From Alkanindiges sp. WGS2144 (lineage in GTDB: Bacteria > Pseudomonadota > Gammaproteobacteria > Pseudomonadales > Moraxellaceae), in the NCBI RefSeq assembly GCF_043950625.1, contig NZ_CP171007.1: a stretch of DNA of 32,000 bases; one strand, 5' to 3'. Below are positions 17,296 to 26,174 of the stretch, piece after piece. The translations under genes were made by a program, and so were the position numbers. Numbering within the stretch: position 1 is the stretch's first letter; the number at the start of each line of letters is the position of its first letter. The notes beneath the pieces are model-generated. The model had not been told where the DNA came from. It worked only from the letters and a program-made list of their open reading frames with translations, and ran no database searches.

Positions 17296-17736
17296 ATGCG
17301 TGCGTTAATTCAACGGGTAAAACAGGCCAAAGTTGAAGTCAATGGAAAAACGGTCGGGCAAATTGAGCACGGCTTGTTGGTGTTTGTGGGGCTGGGCAAA
17401 ACAGATACCCTGCAAACCAGCGAAAAACTACTAAAAAAACTGCTGGCTTACCGGGTGTTTAGTGATGACAGCGGACGCATGAATTTAAATGTAGAGCAGG
17501 TTAACGGTGGCGTGTTGCTGGTATCGCAATTTACCTTAATGGCAGAAACTAAAAAAGGCCTGCGCCCGGATTTTGGCCCGGCCATGCCACCTGATGCAGC
17601 AAACACCTTGTTTGCGCAAATGCTTGAGCAGGCCAAGGTTCTATATCCGCAGGTGCAAACCGGTGAGTTTGGGGCAGATATGCAGGTCAGTCTTGTAAAT
17701 GATGGGCCAGTGACTTTTATGCTGGAGATGGAGTGA
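17296..17736 (+). CDS. dtd: D-aminoacyl-tRNA deacylase
   Basis: 146 aa. The sequence MRALIQRV..A.V.V....G.I..GLLV..G......SQFTL...KKG.RP.F......GADM.V.L.NDGPVT is a classic Dtd pattern. Confidence 0.93.
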   Translation: MRALIQRVKQAKVEVNGKTVGQIEHGLLVFVGLGKTDTLQTSEKLLKKLLAYRVFSDDSGRMNLNVEQVNGGVLLVSQFTLMAETKKGLRPDFGPAMPPDAANTLFAQMLEQAKVLYPQVQTGEFGADMQVSLVNDGPVTFMLEME

Positions 17737-17825
17737 GCGCCTATTGATTAAAAATAGTTTAGGGAATTGATAACCCAGTAAAATTTGCTAATCTGGTTTT
17801 ACTAATTTAATAAGGATGTTGTGTT

Positions 17826-18413
17826 ATGAACCAGATCACTATGTGTGTTGGCCTAATGGTCATGTTGTCTGAGTTAGCCAGTGCTGCTACCAGTGGGATA
17901 TACAGTGTAGAAGAAGGCTACTACACCATCAATGCGCATTTTAATGACCAGGGTCTGCTGATCAAAGAACCTAATAAAGAGTCCTTGTACAAGCAGCAAG
18001 CCGATGCGGATGAATATATTTTCACCAATCCTACGAATAATATCACCTATGGTATCCGTGTAGTAGATGATTCTACCTTAGAGGCGTTCAAGCCGGGTAG
18101 CGATACGCCACCTACTACGCTGAAACTGAACAAGCATATCAGCCAACCTGAAGAAAAGGTCGAGAATAATAAAATGGAGGAAGTAGCGAATAAATATATG
18201 GAATTAACTAAGACAGATCCTCTTAACACCCAAACATGGACTCAGTGTGCTACCGTGGCGATGGGCTATGCCAATTTATCAAAACAGGAAGCCGATAAGA
18301 TGGCTAGCCAAGCTACCACCTTGCTTAGCCTGATTGAGAGTAAACAGGTAGCATCTTCTCCCTGTGAAGATGCTATCCCGAACTCTATCTGGAAGTCTGC
18401 ACCAAGACCCTGA
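17826..18413 (+). CDS. hypothetical secreted protein (no family recognised)
   Basis: 195 aa with a signal-peptide-like N-terminus (MCVGLMVMLSELASAAT). By eye it is more AT-rich, with different codon choice (ata, aga, tta, cta) from its neighbours. The coding call rests on ORF length and a GGA-rich region upstream. Confidence 0.55.
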   Translation: MNQITMCVGLMVMLSELASAATSGIYSVEEGYYTINAHFNDQGLLIKEPNKESLYKQQADADEYIFTNPTNNITYGIRVVDDSTLEAFKPGSDTPPTTLKLNKHISQPEEKVENNKMEEVANKYMELTKTDPLNTQTWTQCATVAMGYANLSKQEADKMASQATTLLSLIESKQVASSPCEDAIPNSIWKSAPRP

Positions 18414-18483
18414 ACAAAAGCTCTAGCTTCCCGATGGGACAGGTGGGCACATCTGACCACCGTCCAGCTCAGGAGGCCAGAGG

Positions 18484-19626
18484 TCATAACTTATCCAGAG
18501 TGGTAATCAGCTGCTCAATATGGCTATCACTATGTGCTGCACTCAACGTAATTCTTAACCGACTTGTACCTTGTGGCACCGTGGGCGGGCGAATGGCACT
18601 GACCAGTAAGCCCTGCTCAAGTAGTTTTTCCGATAGCATCAAAGCCTCTTTAGCTTTACCAATAATAATCGGTTGAATGGCAGACTGGCTGTTCATCAGC
18701 TGCCAGCCTTGTTGCTGTAATGCTGATCGTAAGGTGTGAATATGCTGTTTTAATTTTTCGCGTCGCCAGCTTTCCTGCTCAATCACATCCAGCGCAGCCA
18801 ACGTAGCCGCAGCAACCAAAGGTGGAGTGGCTGTGGTAAAAATAAAGGTACGTGCGCGGGATCGCAAATAATCAATTAGTTGCTGGCTACCGGCTACAAA
18901 CGCACCATAAGTGCCAATGGCTTTACCCAGGGTTGCCATGTACACATCCACCTGCGGCAACGGCTGGCTTTGTGTCGAAAAATCATGTAAACCAAAACCA
19001 TGCGCATCATCAATCATCAAGCCCGCCTGATGTCGTTCTGCAATTTTAATCAGTTCAGCTAGAGGTGCTTCGGTGCCATCCATGCTAAAAATCTGGTCGG
19101 TCACAATCAGTTTTTGTCTGGCATCATCTTGGCCCAGCCATTGCGCCAGTGTCCCCATATCCAGATGTGGATAGCGACGCAGTTTTACACCAGCCAGTCG
19201 GGCGCCATCCAGTAGTGAGGCATGGTTTAAACGATCCTGATAAACAATACCCGCGCGATCGTCCATCAGCGCATCAATCACACCCAGGTTAGCCATATAA
19301 CCTGTAGAAAACAGCATAGCGGCAGGATAGCCACTAAGCTGTGCCAGACGTTGTTCCAGTTGCTCATGAATGGCATGATGCCCGGTGACCAGATGCGCTG
19401 CGCCTGCACCGACACCATGCTGTTTTAGGTAGTCTTGTGCCGCCTGTTTAACCGCAGGATGATGAGCCAGGCCAAGATAATCATTGCTGGAAAAATTAAG
19501 GTATTGCTGACCATTGATAGTGACGACAGGGGTAACGCCCTGATCAATCACACGGTGATGACGATCCAGATGCTGCGCCTGTAACACAGCATATTTTTGC
19601 ACTAATTCAAATTTTTTAAGAGACAT
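18484..19626 (-). CDS. bioF: 8-amino-7-oxononanoate synthase
   Basis: 380 aa. The pattern is that of a PLP-dependent alpha-oxoamine synthase (FSSNDYLGL, DDAHGFG, lysine block ATLGKA), and the gene is adjacent to bioB. Confidence 0.88.
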   Translation of the reverse strand: MSLKKFELVQKYAVLQAQHLDRHHRVIDQGVTPVVTINGQQYLNFSSNDYLGLAHHPAVKQAAQDYLKQHGVGAGAAHLVTGHHAIHEQLEQRLAQLSGYPAAMLFSTGYMANLGVIDALMDDRAGIVYQDRLNHASLLDGARLAGVKLRRYPHLDMGTLAQWLGQDDARQKLIVTDQIFSMDGTEAPLAELIKIAERHQAGLMIDDAHGFGLHDFSTQSQPLPQVDVYMATLGKAIGTYGAFVAGSQQLIDYLRSRARTFIFTTATPPLVAAATLAALDVIEQESWRREKLKQHIHTLRSALQQQGWQLMNSQSAIQPIIIGKAKEALMLSEKLLEQGLLVSAIRPPTVPQGTSRLRITLSAAHSDSHIEQLITTLDKL

Positions 19627-19738
19627 TGTAGTGGTTCATTGCGCCATCTTGCATAGTAGTGCTGCTCAGCTTCTAAGCATGAACATGAGGAAACCAGCAA
19701 GCCTTTACTTCTGACGCAAGGGCTTAGCTGAACTTCAC

Positions 19739-20725
19739 TTATGCCGACATGGCATCAACAGCAGTCGCGCGTATATCCACTTTGGCCTGTTCTTTTTGCA
19801 AGCCCAGTTCAGCAAATAATATCTCATCACGGCTACTGCCGGCATTTGGGGTAGTCAGTAATTGCTCACCTGAGAAAAATGAATTTGCCCCAGCCTGAAA
19901 GCACAGTGCCTGTTCAGCATCGGTTAGGCTTTCGCGTCCGGCAGACAGGCGAATATAGCTTTTAGGCATGAGAATACGCGCCACAGCAATGGTGCGTACC
20001 CACTCAATCACCGATACTTTTGGCGCATCCTGCAATGGCGTACCAGCAATCGGCACCAGCATGTTAATAGGCACGGATTCTGGATGAATCGGCTGGGTTG
20101 CCAGTTCATGCAATAAGCCAATGCGGTCACTGCGCTGTTCACCCAGACCCAAGATACCGCCACTACAGACTTTCATGCCGGCACTGCGCACATGTTCCAG
20201 CGTTTGCAGGCGATCATCAAAGGTGCGAGTGGTGATTACGTGATTATAGTGTTCGCGTGAGGTATCCAGATTATGGTTGTAATAATCCAGTCCTGCTTCG
20301 GCCAGCCGTTCAGCCTGTGAAGGACTCAGCATACCCAGTGTCATACAGGTTTCCAGCCCCATACTTTTAACTTCGCGCACCAGTTCCAGCACATAGGGCA
20401 TATCGCGCTCATGCGGGTTGCGCCAAGCAGCGCCCATACAAAAGCGGGAAGAACCGCTGTCTTTGGCCGCCCTGGCTGCTTGTATAACTTCATCAATTTT
20501 TAGTTTTTTTTGTGGGGTGAGCGGTGTTTCATAGGAGTTGGACTGCGAACAGTAACTACAATCTTCCGGGCAGGCGCCGGTCTTAATCGACAGCAGGGTG
20601 CTGACTTGAATAGTGTTGGGATCAAAATGCTGCCGATGAATGGATTGCGCTAAAAATAGCAAATCATTAAATGGTTGTTCAAACAGTTCACTAACTTCCT
20701 GGCGAGTCCAGTCATTGCGTTGCAT
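19739..20725 (-). CDS. bioB: biotin synthase (radical SAM)
   Basis: Trimmed to [24 protein letters not shown], with GGAGAGGG upstream. It has the radical-SAM [11 protein letters not shown] cluster motif. Confidence 0.95.
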   Translation of the reverse strand: MQRNDWTRQEVSELFEQPFNDLLFLAQSIHRQHFDPNTIQVSTLLSIKTGACPEDCSYCSQSNSYETPLTPQKKLKIDEVIQAARAAKDSGSSRFCMGAAWRNPHERDMPYVLELVREVKSMGLETCMTLGMLSPSQAERLAEAGLDYYNHNLDTSREHYNHVITTRTFDDRLQTLEHVRSAGMKVCSGGILGLGEQRSDRIGLLHELATQPIHPESVPINMLVPIAGTPLQDAPKVSVIEWVRTIAVARILMPKSYIRLSAGRESLTDAEQALCFQAGANSFFSGEQLLTTPNAGSSRDEILFAELGLQKEQAKVDIRATAVDAMSA

Positions 20726-20822
20726 GTTTAATCCCTCTCCATGTTGTTTGACACAATGGCCTGTACTGGCCACTGCTTTTAATTGGTTGCAAGCTGTCTT
20801 ACAGAGTCGCCGTTTTGTATGC

Positions 20823-21302
20823 TCAGGCAGTTTTTTTGTCGCTGATCAGACTTTTGATTTGCTTGATCTTACGCATTACTGGTTTGGGAATAGTTGGCGC
20901 AATTAGCTTGGCTGCCTGATTAAACCACATCAGTAAGGAAAAATCGCCTTCCATCTGGATTTTGCCCGATTGCATGCCGGTCATAAATGCAGCGGGATCA
21001 CCTTTGAGCAAGGTTTGTACGGCATACATGCTGTCTTCGAAGCGTAAGGTGAAATCAGGTTTTTCGGCGCTACCAGACGCCATTTTGACTTGTTCATCTG
21101 CAATAATAAAATGGCGGGAAACACCATTTTTACTTTCTAGCTGTAAGGTAAAGCGACGACCGTGCAACAGCTCTATAAACTTGGCGCTGGTTTTAGAGAG
21201 TTGTTGCATGCGCAGGCCCAGTGCCACCAGTAACAGATCAAATGGATCAGTACTAACATTGATAATGGGTAATTTGATCACAGGGAGGGAAGACAGCTTC
21301 AT
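20823..21302 (-). CDS. SCP2 (sterol-carrier-like) domain protein
   Basis: 159 aa. The C-terminal half, [26 protein letters not shown], matches the SCP2 lipid-binding fold signature. Confidence 0.65.
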   Translation of the reverse strand: MKLSSLPVIKLPIINVSTDPFDLLLVALGLRMQQLSKTSAKFIELLHGRRFTLQLESKNGVSRHFIIADEQVKMASGSAEKPDFTLRFEDSMYAVQTLLKGDPAAFMTGMQSGKIQMEGDFSLLMWFNQAAKLIAPTIPKPVMRKIKQIKSLISDKKTA

Positions 21303-21582
21303 GGTTCATCTCTTGGTTTTTAAAAGGGGTTTATGCAATACAAAAATTGAATTGTTTGATGCTAGCGGGACTGCTTTTACTTTGCAATGCACGAATGATT
21401 TAAGCGCTGTGAACATTATTGAACCAGACCGATAAAATCTGATACATGGTCAATATGCCACGGGCTCTGACATCAAATACAGATGTTGTATTGTGCCACG
21501 TTCAAATAGGTGGGGAAGCGCCAAAGCAGAAATAAGGCGCCAATTTATGTTGTATTTTTTTATAATAAACCCAGCATATTCA

Positions 21583-21612
21583 TAGAAAATGTCAGGCTTA
21601 GTGGCCTGACAT
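21583..21612 (-). terminator. hairpin overlapping the stop codon of the small membrane protein gene
   Basis: ATGTCAGGC (21589-21597), loop TTAGTG containing the stop codon, GCCTGACAT (21604-21612). On the minus strand it is followed by TTTCTAT. Confidence 0.4.
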
Positions 21613-21930
21613 TGGGGTAAGATCGTCATCATATACCGGTGTATGCTCAATACATTGACGTTGCTGTGCGGTAGAGGGGGTTTCCTCAGTCGCAGCAAGC
21701 CAGGTCGCCAGCACAGCCAGCGCCGCGCCTATACCGGTCATATAACCCTGAAAGTCACTAAAGGCAAACAGGTACTGACTTGCCACCCGGCTCACTTCCA
21801 GGAAACACCAGAACAGCATACCAGCCAGCATAAAACCCAGCCAGCGCCGATAGGGAGAAAAGAAAATAATGATCGCCCCAAGCGCTACCAGACCAATACC
21901 TATTGTCATGCTTACTTCACCATTCAACAT
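21598..21930 (-). CDS. small hydrophobic membrane protein (about 3 TM segments), unknown function
   Basis: Trimmed to MLNGEVSMTIGIGLVALGAIIIFF..., with a strong AGGAGG 6 nt upstream of the ATG (complement of 21928-21930). It has three hydrophobic stretches and an acidic C-terminal tail. Confidence 0.6.
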   Translation of the reverse strand: MLNGEVSMTIGIGLVALGAIIIFFSPYRRWLGFMLAGMLFWCFLEVSRVASQYLFAFSDFQGYMTGIGAALAVLATWLAATEETPSTAQQRQCIEHTPVYDDDLTPMSGH

Positions 21931-22431
21931 GATGACCCTCCTGTTATGGTGCATTTAACACCATCTCATCAATTGCACTGTTTGCTCACGCAGTCATCCT
22001 GCGTTGGCGGTTGCTTGTCTTTTCAGGTTTTGTTTATTCGTAATGCAGGTTGCTGCTTTTAAGTCGTCGTATGATCTATTTATGCAGATCATGGGCTATT
22101 GTTGCTCTGGGCTATCTTCGCCTTGGTTTTACACTGTGATCTTAAAATCAACCTGTCATGGCGCTATTATGCGTAAGCGCAAACAATTGAAAAGAGCCTG
22201 TCCGCTGCTTGACGTCACAAAATGTCGCGCAAGCAGAATGTCATTACACTTTCCTTAAGGCCAAAGCCCAAAGAAGCAGTTATGTAACTGGATTTGGCTG
22301 TCATTACATTTCATGACCGAGTAAAAAAGCGTAAAAATTAAATTTTTATATTGCTTGAGCCAACTGATTAATTTTTAGCAATAAGTCACTTACCACAGTT
22401 GTAAACAAATGTTTTAAGAAAAAATTTTCCA

Positions 22432-22472
22432 TAAAAAAACTGATTGATTGCTGTTTAAAAATCAATCAGTTT
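22432..22472 (-). terminator. rho-independent terminator after serB
   Basis: CTGATTGATT (22440-22449) / ATCAATCAG (22461-22469). On the minus strand it is followed by TTTTTTT. Confidence 0.7.
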
Positions 22473-22511
22473 CAGAAGGTAAAAAGCTTGCACCCTGTGT
22501 AGCTAAAGCGT

Positions 22512-23726
22512 TTATAAATCTTTGTCACGTACACCCAGCAGGTACAAAATGCCATCTAGGCCAACACTTGAGATGGCCTGACGCGCATTTTCTCGTACTA
22601 GTGGCTTGGCTCGAAAAGCCACCCCCAAACCTGCAATGGATAGCATAGGCAGGTCGTTGGCGCCATCACCTACGGCAATCACCTGTTGTAGGCTAATGCC
22701 CTGTTTTTTGGCCAGTTCGCGCAGTAATTCGGCTTTTCTGGTGCCATCCACCACCTGACCAGTTACCTCACCAGTCACCATACCATCCCTGATGTCCAGC
22801 TGGTTGGCATAAACCTCATCAATACCCAGCTTTTGCTGAAGCATCTGGGCAAAATATTCAAAGCCACCAGATAAAATGGCGGTTCGATAACCCAATGCTT
22901 TGAGAGTAGAGATCAGTCGTTCAGTGCCTTCAGTGATGGTCAGGCGATTAGCAATTTTTTCCAGCACCTGACTGTCCAGACCTTTTAGCAATGCCACGCG
23001 TGCAGCAAAGCTCTGTTTAAAATCCAGTTCACCCTGCATGGCGCGTTCGGTAATTTCAGCCACCTGTGCGCCCACACCCGCTTCTTGTGCCAGCTCGTCA
23101 ATAACTTCCTGCTCAATGAGGGTGGAGTCCATGTCAAAACAAACCAGACGGCGATTACGGCGATAGGCGTTGTCTTCCTGCACGGCAATATCAATTGACA
23201 GGTTGGTGCTGAGTTTCAGACAGTCGGCACGTAAGGCCTGGGCATCCAGCATTTGCCCGCTTAAGCCAAACTCCACACAAGCCTTGCGCGATTGTTCCTG
23301 TTCATCATTATCCATAGACAGGCGACCTGACAGGCGCGACACGGTTTCAATATTAAAACCATGTTGCGAGATCACCTGCGTGACCGCTTGCAGATGCGCT
23401 GCGGTCAGATCACGTGATAACACTGTTACAATGTACTTGGTTCGTCCACCTTCTTTAACCCATTGTTTATATTCATCAAAACTAATGGGTTTAAAATGCA
23501 GGGTCAGCCCGATATTGTGTGCTAGCAATAGCATATCCTTCATGGCCAGGGCAGTACGGGTCGGCTGGTCGCTGGCAACCACCAGCCCAAGTGTTAACTG
23601 ATTGTGAATAACCGCCTGTCCAACGTCTAAAATATCCAATTGATGGGTAGTCAACACCTGCATCATTCGGTTAAATTGGTTGGGCTGATCAGGGCCTAAA
23701 AAAGAGATAAGAATTATTTCACGCAT
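22512..23726 (-). CDS. serB: phosphoserine phosphatase, long form with N-terminal ACT-like domains
   Basis: Trimmed to MREIILISFLGPDQP. It has the HAD motifs FDMDSTLI and GDGANDLPML, preceded by an N-terminal regulatory region of ~190 aa. Confidence 0.9.
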   Translation of the reverse strand: MREIILISFLGPDQPNQFNRMMQVLTTHQLDILDVGQAVIHNQLTLGLVVASDQPTRTALAMKDMLLLAHNIGLTLHFKPISFDEYKQWVKEGGRTKYIVTVLSRDLTAAHLQAVTQVISQHGFNIETVSRLSGRLSMDNDEQEQSRKACVEFGLSGQMLDAQALRADCLKLSTNLSIDIAVQEDNAYRRNRRLVCFDMDSTLIEQEVIDELAQEAGVGAQVAEITERAMQGELDFKQSFAARVALLKGLDSQVLEKIANRLTITEGTERLISTLKALGYRTAILSGGFEYFAQMLQQKLGIDEVYANQLDIRDGMVTGEVTGQVVDGTRKAELLRELAKKQGISLQQVIAVGDGANDLPMLSIAGLGVAFRAKPLVRENARQAISSVGLDGILYLLGVRDKDL

Positions 23727-23811
23727 GTGTGTCTCAGGCTTGAGAAGCAAATCGGGTAGAATCATAATCGATTTGTCATTTATTTGCCTGTTTTCACATT
23801 AGGAAATTCAC

Positions 23812-25089
23812 TTGAACGCGCCTCGCCAAGGGCTGTATGCCAGCCTACTGATTATTAGTTTTGCCGTGCATGTCACCTTAATGATTCATGCCACCAATCA
23901 ACAGCTCAGTAATACGCGTGCCATTCAGGGCGAATTGATGACGCGGCAACTGGCAGACAACAGCCTTTCCATGCTGACGCCGGTAGATACTGTATCGCTG
24001 GCGCTCATGGCAAACCGCTATGCCAGCCGGCCGGAGGTGGCTTCCCTAAAGATTCTGGCGGCGGATGGCCGGGTACTCACCACCAGTGGCAGTGCGCCTA
24101 CCCGTTCAGGTGAAGTATTTAGAAAAAAAGTACTACTGGATCAAAATCCGATAGGGCAGATTGAACTCACCCTGATTGAACCCAGCATTGGCGAATTGAT
24201 CCGTAGCCAGTGGCTGCCCATTTTACTGTCTTTAATGGTACATGGTCTGTTATGGCTCTTGTACCGGGTGGTTGCCCGGCCAACCCGCCGTGAATACTTA
24301 AGCAGTCTGGCACGGGAGCAGCATTTGCAGGAACAAATTGTTGCCTTAAAGCTACGTGCTGAACAGGCACAAAAAAATGCTGTCATTGCCCAGGTGCTGG
24401 CTAATCCTTCAGAGTTTTCAAAAGCCAAGGCAAAATCAGCCAGCGAACCCAGCATGGCCAAAGATAACCAGCTTATTTTAAAAATTGGTTTTGATGACCC
24501 CAAGCAACTGCTGGGTACTTTGAGTCCCGGGCTGGCACGACCCTACTTTAGCCTGTGCCAGACTTTGCTGGAGCAGGCTATTCAGCACAACCGACAGTAC
24601 TTTGCACCCAGCCATATTGACTGCAAAGTGGTACAGCCCTTTGGCGAAAGTGGAGCGATTGTAAGCGCTGCTGCTGACCAGCCTCAAAGTGCACTGTTTT
24701 TAATGCAACTGGCGCAGCTGTTTAATTTACTTACTGACGTGGTTTACAAGCGGCATCGTGAAATCAAGCGTTTTGCCCTGCATACCCGCAGTACAATTGC
24801 CGAGCAGCAACATGATCAGCCCGCTCAGGCACTGGCGCAAAGCCTGATCCAGCATGTGGAAGCCGGCCAGTTGGCAGTACATCTAAGTGATGAGCAGGTA
24901 TTGAAACTACAACAATATTTTCAGCTTATAGCGCTGGACAATCCTACCGATGCACAAACCCGTGAAGCTTTACTGGTGACGGCAATGAATGTAGAAATAG
25001 CCCGGTTTATTGGCAGGGCACGCGACCGGATTCTGGCTGGAGACAAAGCCGCTACACAAACTGGCAGCAAAGATGAGCCGGCTGAATAA
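23812..25089 (+). CDS. AhpA/YtjB(Smp)-like membrane protein with a long cytoplasmic C-terminal extension
   Basis: TTG start 6 nt after AGGAA. The topology is TM, a ~110-aa loop, then TM. Blocks LMTRQLADNSLSML, LKILAADGRVLTTSG and NPIGQIELTLIE align with E. coli YtjB as I recall it (LARTLARQVTLNV / ILDAGVYDEQGDLIARSG / GPLGYLRLTLD). The gene is divergent from serB, as in E. coli. Confidence 0.65.
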   Translation: MNAPRQGLYASLLIISFAVHVTLMIHATNQQLSNTRAIQGELMTRQLADNSLSMLTPVDTVSLALMANRYASRPEVASLKILAADGRVLTTSGSAPTRSGEVFRKKVLLDQNPIGQIELTLIEPSIGELIRSQWLPILLSLMVHGLLWLLYRVVARPTRREYLSSLAREQHLQEQIVALKLRAEQAQKNAVIAQVLANPSEFSKAKAKSASEPSMAKDNQLILKIGFDDPKQLLGTLSPGLARPYFSLCQTLLEQAIQHNRQYFAPSHIDCKVVQPFGESGAIVSAAADQPQSALFLMQLAQLFNLLTDVVYKRHREIKRFALHTRSTIAEQQHDQPAQALAQSLIQHVEAGQLAVHLSDEQVLKLQQYFQLIALDNPTDAQTREALLVTAMNVEIARFIGRARDRILAGDKAATQTGSKDEPAE

Positions 25090-25131
25090 CCCGGCACAGG
25101 CTTAACTGTAGTTGCTTAAACTGCAAAAAGC

Positions 25132-25707
25132 TCAGGAAAAATAGGGCTGTACAATCACCCCTATACCCACCAGCACAAAGATGAGTGCGGCGATGCGGTG
25201 AATCAGGCGGATGGGTAGGCGCTGCGCCAGGCGATCGCCCACAAACACGGCGGGTGCATTGGCGATCATCATGCCAAGTGTTGTGCCAGCCAGCACTATC
25301 AGCAAACTATCAAAGCGGGCGGCCAGTGCCACAGTGGCAATCTGGGTTTTGTCGCCAATTTCAGCCAGAAAAAACAGCACAAAAGTAGCACCAAAAACGC
25401 CAAAGCGCTGCCAGCGGTTAATATTGTCTTCTTCGTCATCCAGCTGATCGGGAATGAGCATCCAGCCGGCCATACCAATAAAAGAAGCCGCCAGAATCCA
25501 GCGTAATATCTCGGCATTTAAAAAATCGGCCAGCCAGGCACCAAGCGCGGCAGCGACAGCATGATTAAGAATTGTTGCCAGTAAAATAGCGACCAGGATA
25601 GGCAGGGGCTGACGATAGCGGGCGGCCAGCAGCAAGGCCAGTAACTGGGTTTTATCGCCCATTTCGGCAAGTGCCACCAAACCGGTAGAGATTAAAAAAG
25701 CATCCAT
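25132..25707 (-). CDS. UPF0016 / GDT1-TMEM165-family cation (Mn2+/Ca2+) transporter
   Basis: 191 aa. It has two internal repeats, each carrying the family E-x-G-D-K-T motif (AEMGDKTQ and AEIGDKTQ), and about 6 TM segments. Confidence 0.88.
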   Translation of the reverse strand: MDAFLISTGLVALAEMGDKTQLLALLLAARYRQPLPILVAILLATILNHAVAAALGAWLADFLNAEILRWILAASFIGMAGWMLIPDQLDDEEDNINRWQRFGVFGATFVLFFLAEIGDKTQIATVALAARFDSLLIVLAGTTLGMMIANAPAVFVGDRLAQRLPIRLIHRIAALIFVLVGIGVIVQPYFS

Positions 25708-25812
25708 ATATAGATCCCGGGCTGGCTACATAAACCAATGATTTTATCTTTTGCCAGCCCAGCGCCTAGCGATGACTTAAATACAGCTAAGCCATCACAT
25801 GCAAAGATAAAA

Positions 25813-25972
25813 TCATTAGTCTTGCCAGTCCGGCGCCCTGTAGCGTATACAAGACTATGGATTACAGTTGCCATGCACCATAGATCGCAACAGGATCAGT
25901 GCAAGTATGTTGACAACTGCCAGTAATTGACTGCTTGAACAGCAAAAACTGCGGCTACTCCCCAATGAGACT
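25813..25972 (-). promoter_or_regulatory. candidate yybP-ykoY (Mn2+) riboswitch aptamer in the UPF0016 leader
   Basis: The minus strand reads CTCATT-GGGGAGTAG-CCGC (complement of 25951-25969) ... GTTGTCAACATAC (ACATAC region is the complement of ~25905-25917) ... GTATAC (25845-25850) ... GGCAAGAC-TAATGA (complement of 25813-25826). The hallmark motifs occur in the canonical order, with CATT/AATG able to close P1. The genetic context (Mn exporter family) is typical for this class. Confidence 0.6.
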
Positions 25973-26174
25973 TACAGTATAGAGCAAATCAAGTAAAAAG
26001 CCATATGGGCTCATTACGAATGCTTACATGCTGATTGAGCCGGAAGCAAGAATAAATAGGGATAAGGTGGGCAAAAGTCTGAAAAACCCGTAGAATAATT
26101 GCCAAGTGTTTTCTTTGATCAAGTGCCATTGTTTTATCAGGTGCTTTTTTGTCTTTATTGCAAGGTAAATTTTC

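Noticed and set aside
20726-20822. BirA operator (TGTAAACC-N14-16-GGTTTACA type) upstream of bioB
   Set aside because: There are only vague resemblances (TTGGTTGCAA) and no paired inverted half-sites.
20962-21435. 157-aa plus-strand ORF
   Set aside because: It is antisense to the SCP2-domain gene, which has the better family signature.
21643-22258. Plus-strand ORFs of 139 aa and 84 aa
   Set aside because: The first is antisense to the small membrane-protein gene, which has a strong AGGAGG Shine-Dalgarno sequence. The second starts at TTG with no Shine-Dalgarno sequence and has an implausible Cys-rich composition.
25692-25926. Two ~60-aa ORFs, one on each strand, upstream of the UPF0016 gene
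   Set aside because: The region is better explained as a structured riboswitch leader.
25973-26174. FMN (RFN) riboswitch expected upstream of ribBA, also checked upstream of ribH at 27282-27479
   Set aside because: I could not find the conserved RFN blocks (AGGGCGGGGTGAAATTCCC..., GGATGGGAGAA-type) in either leader.
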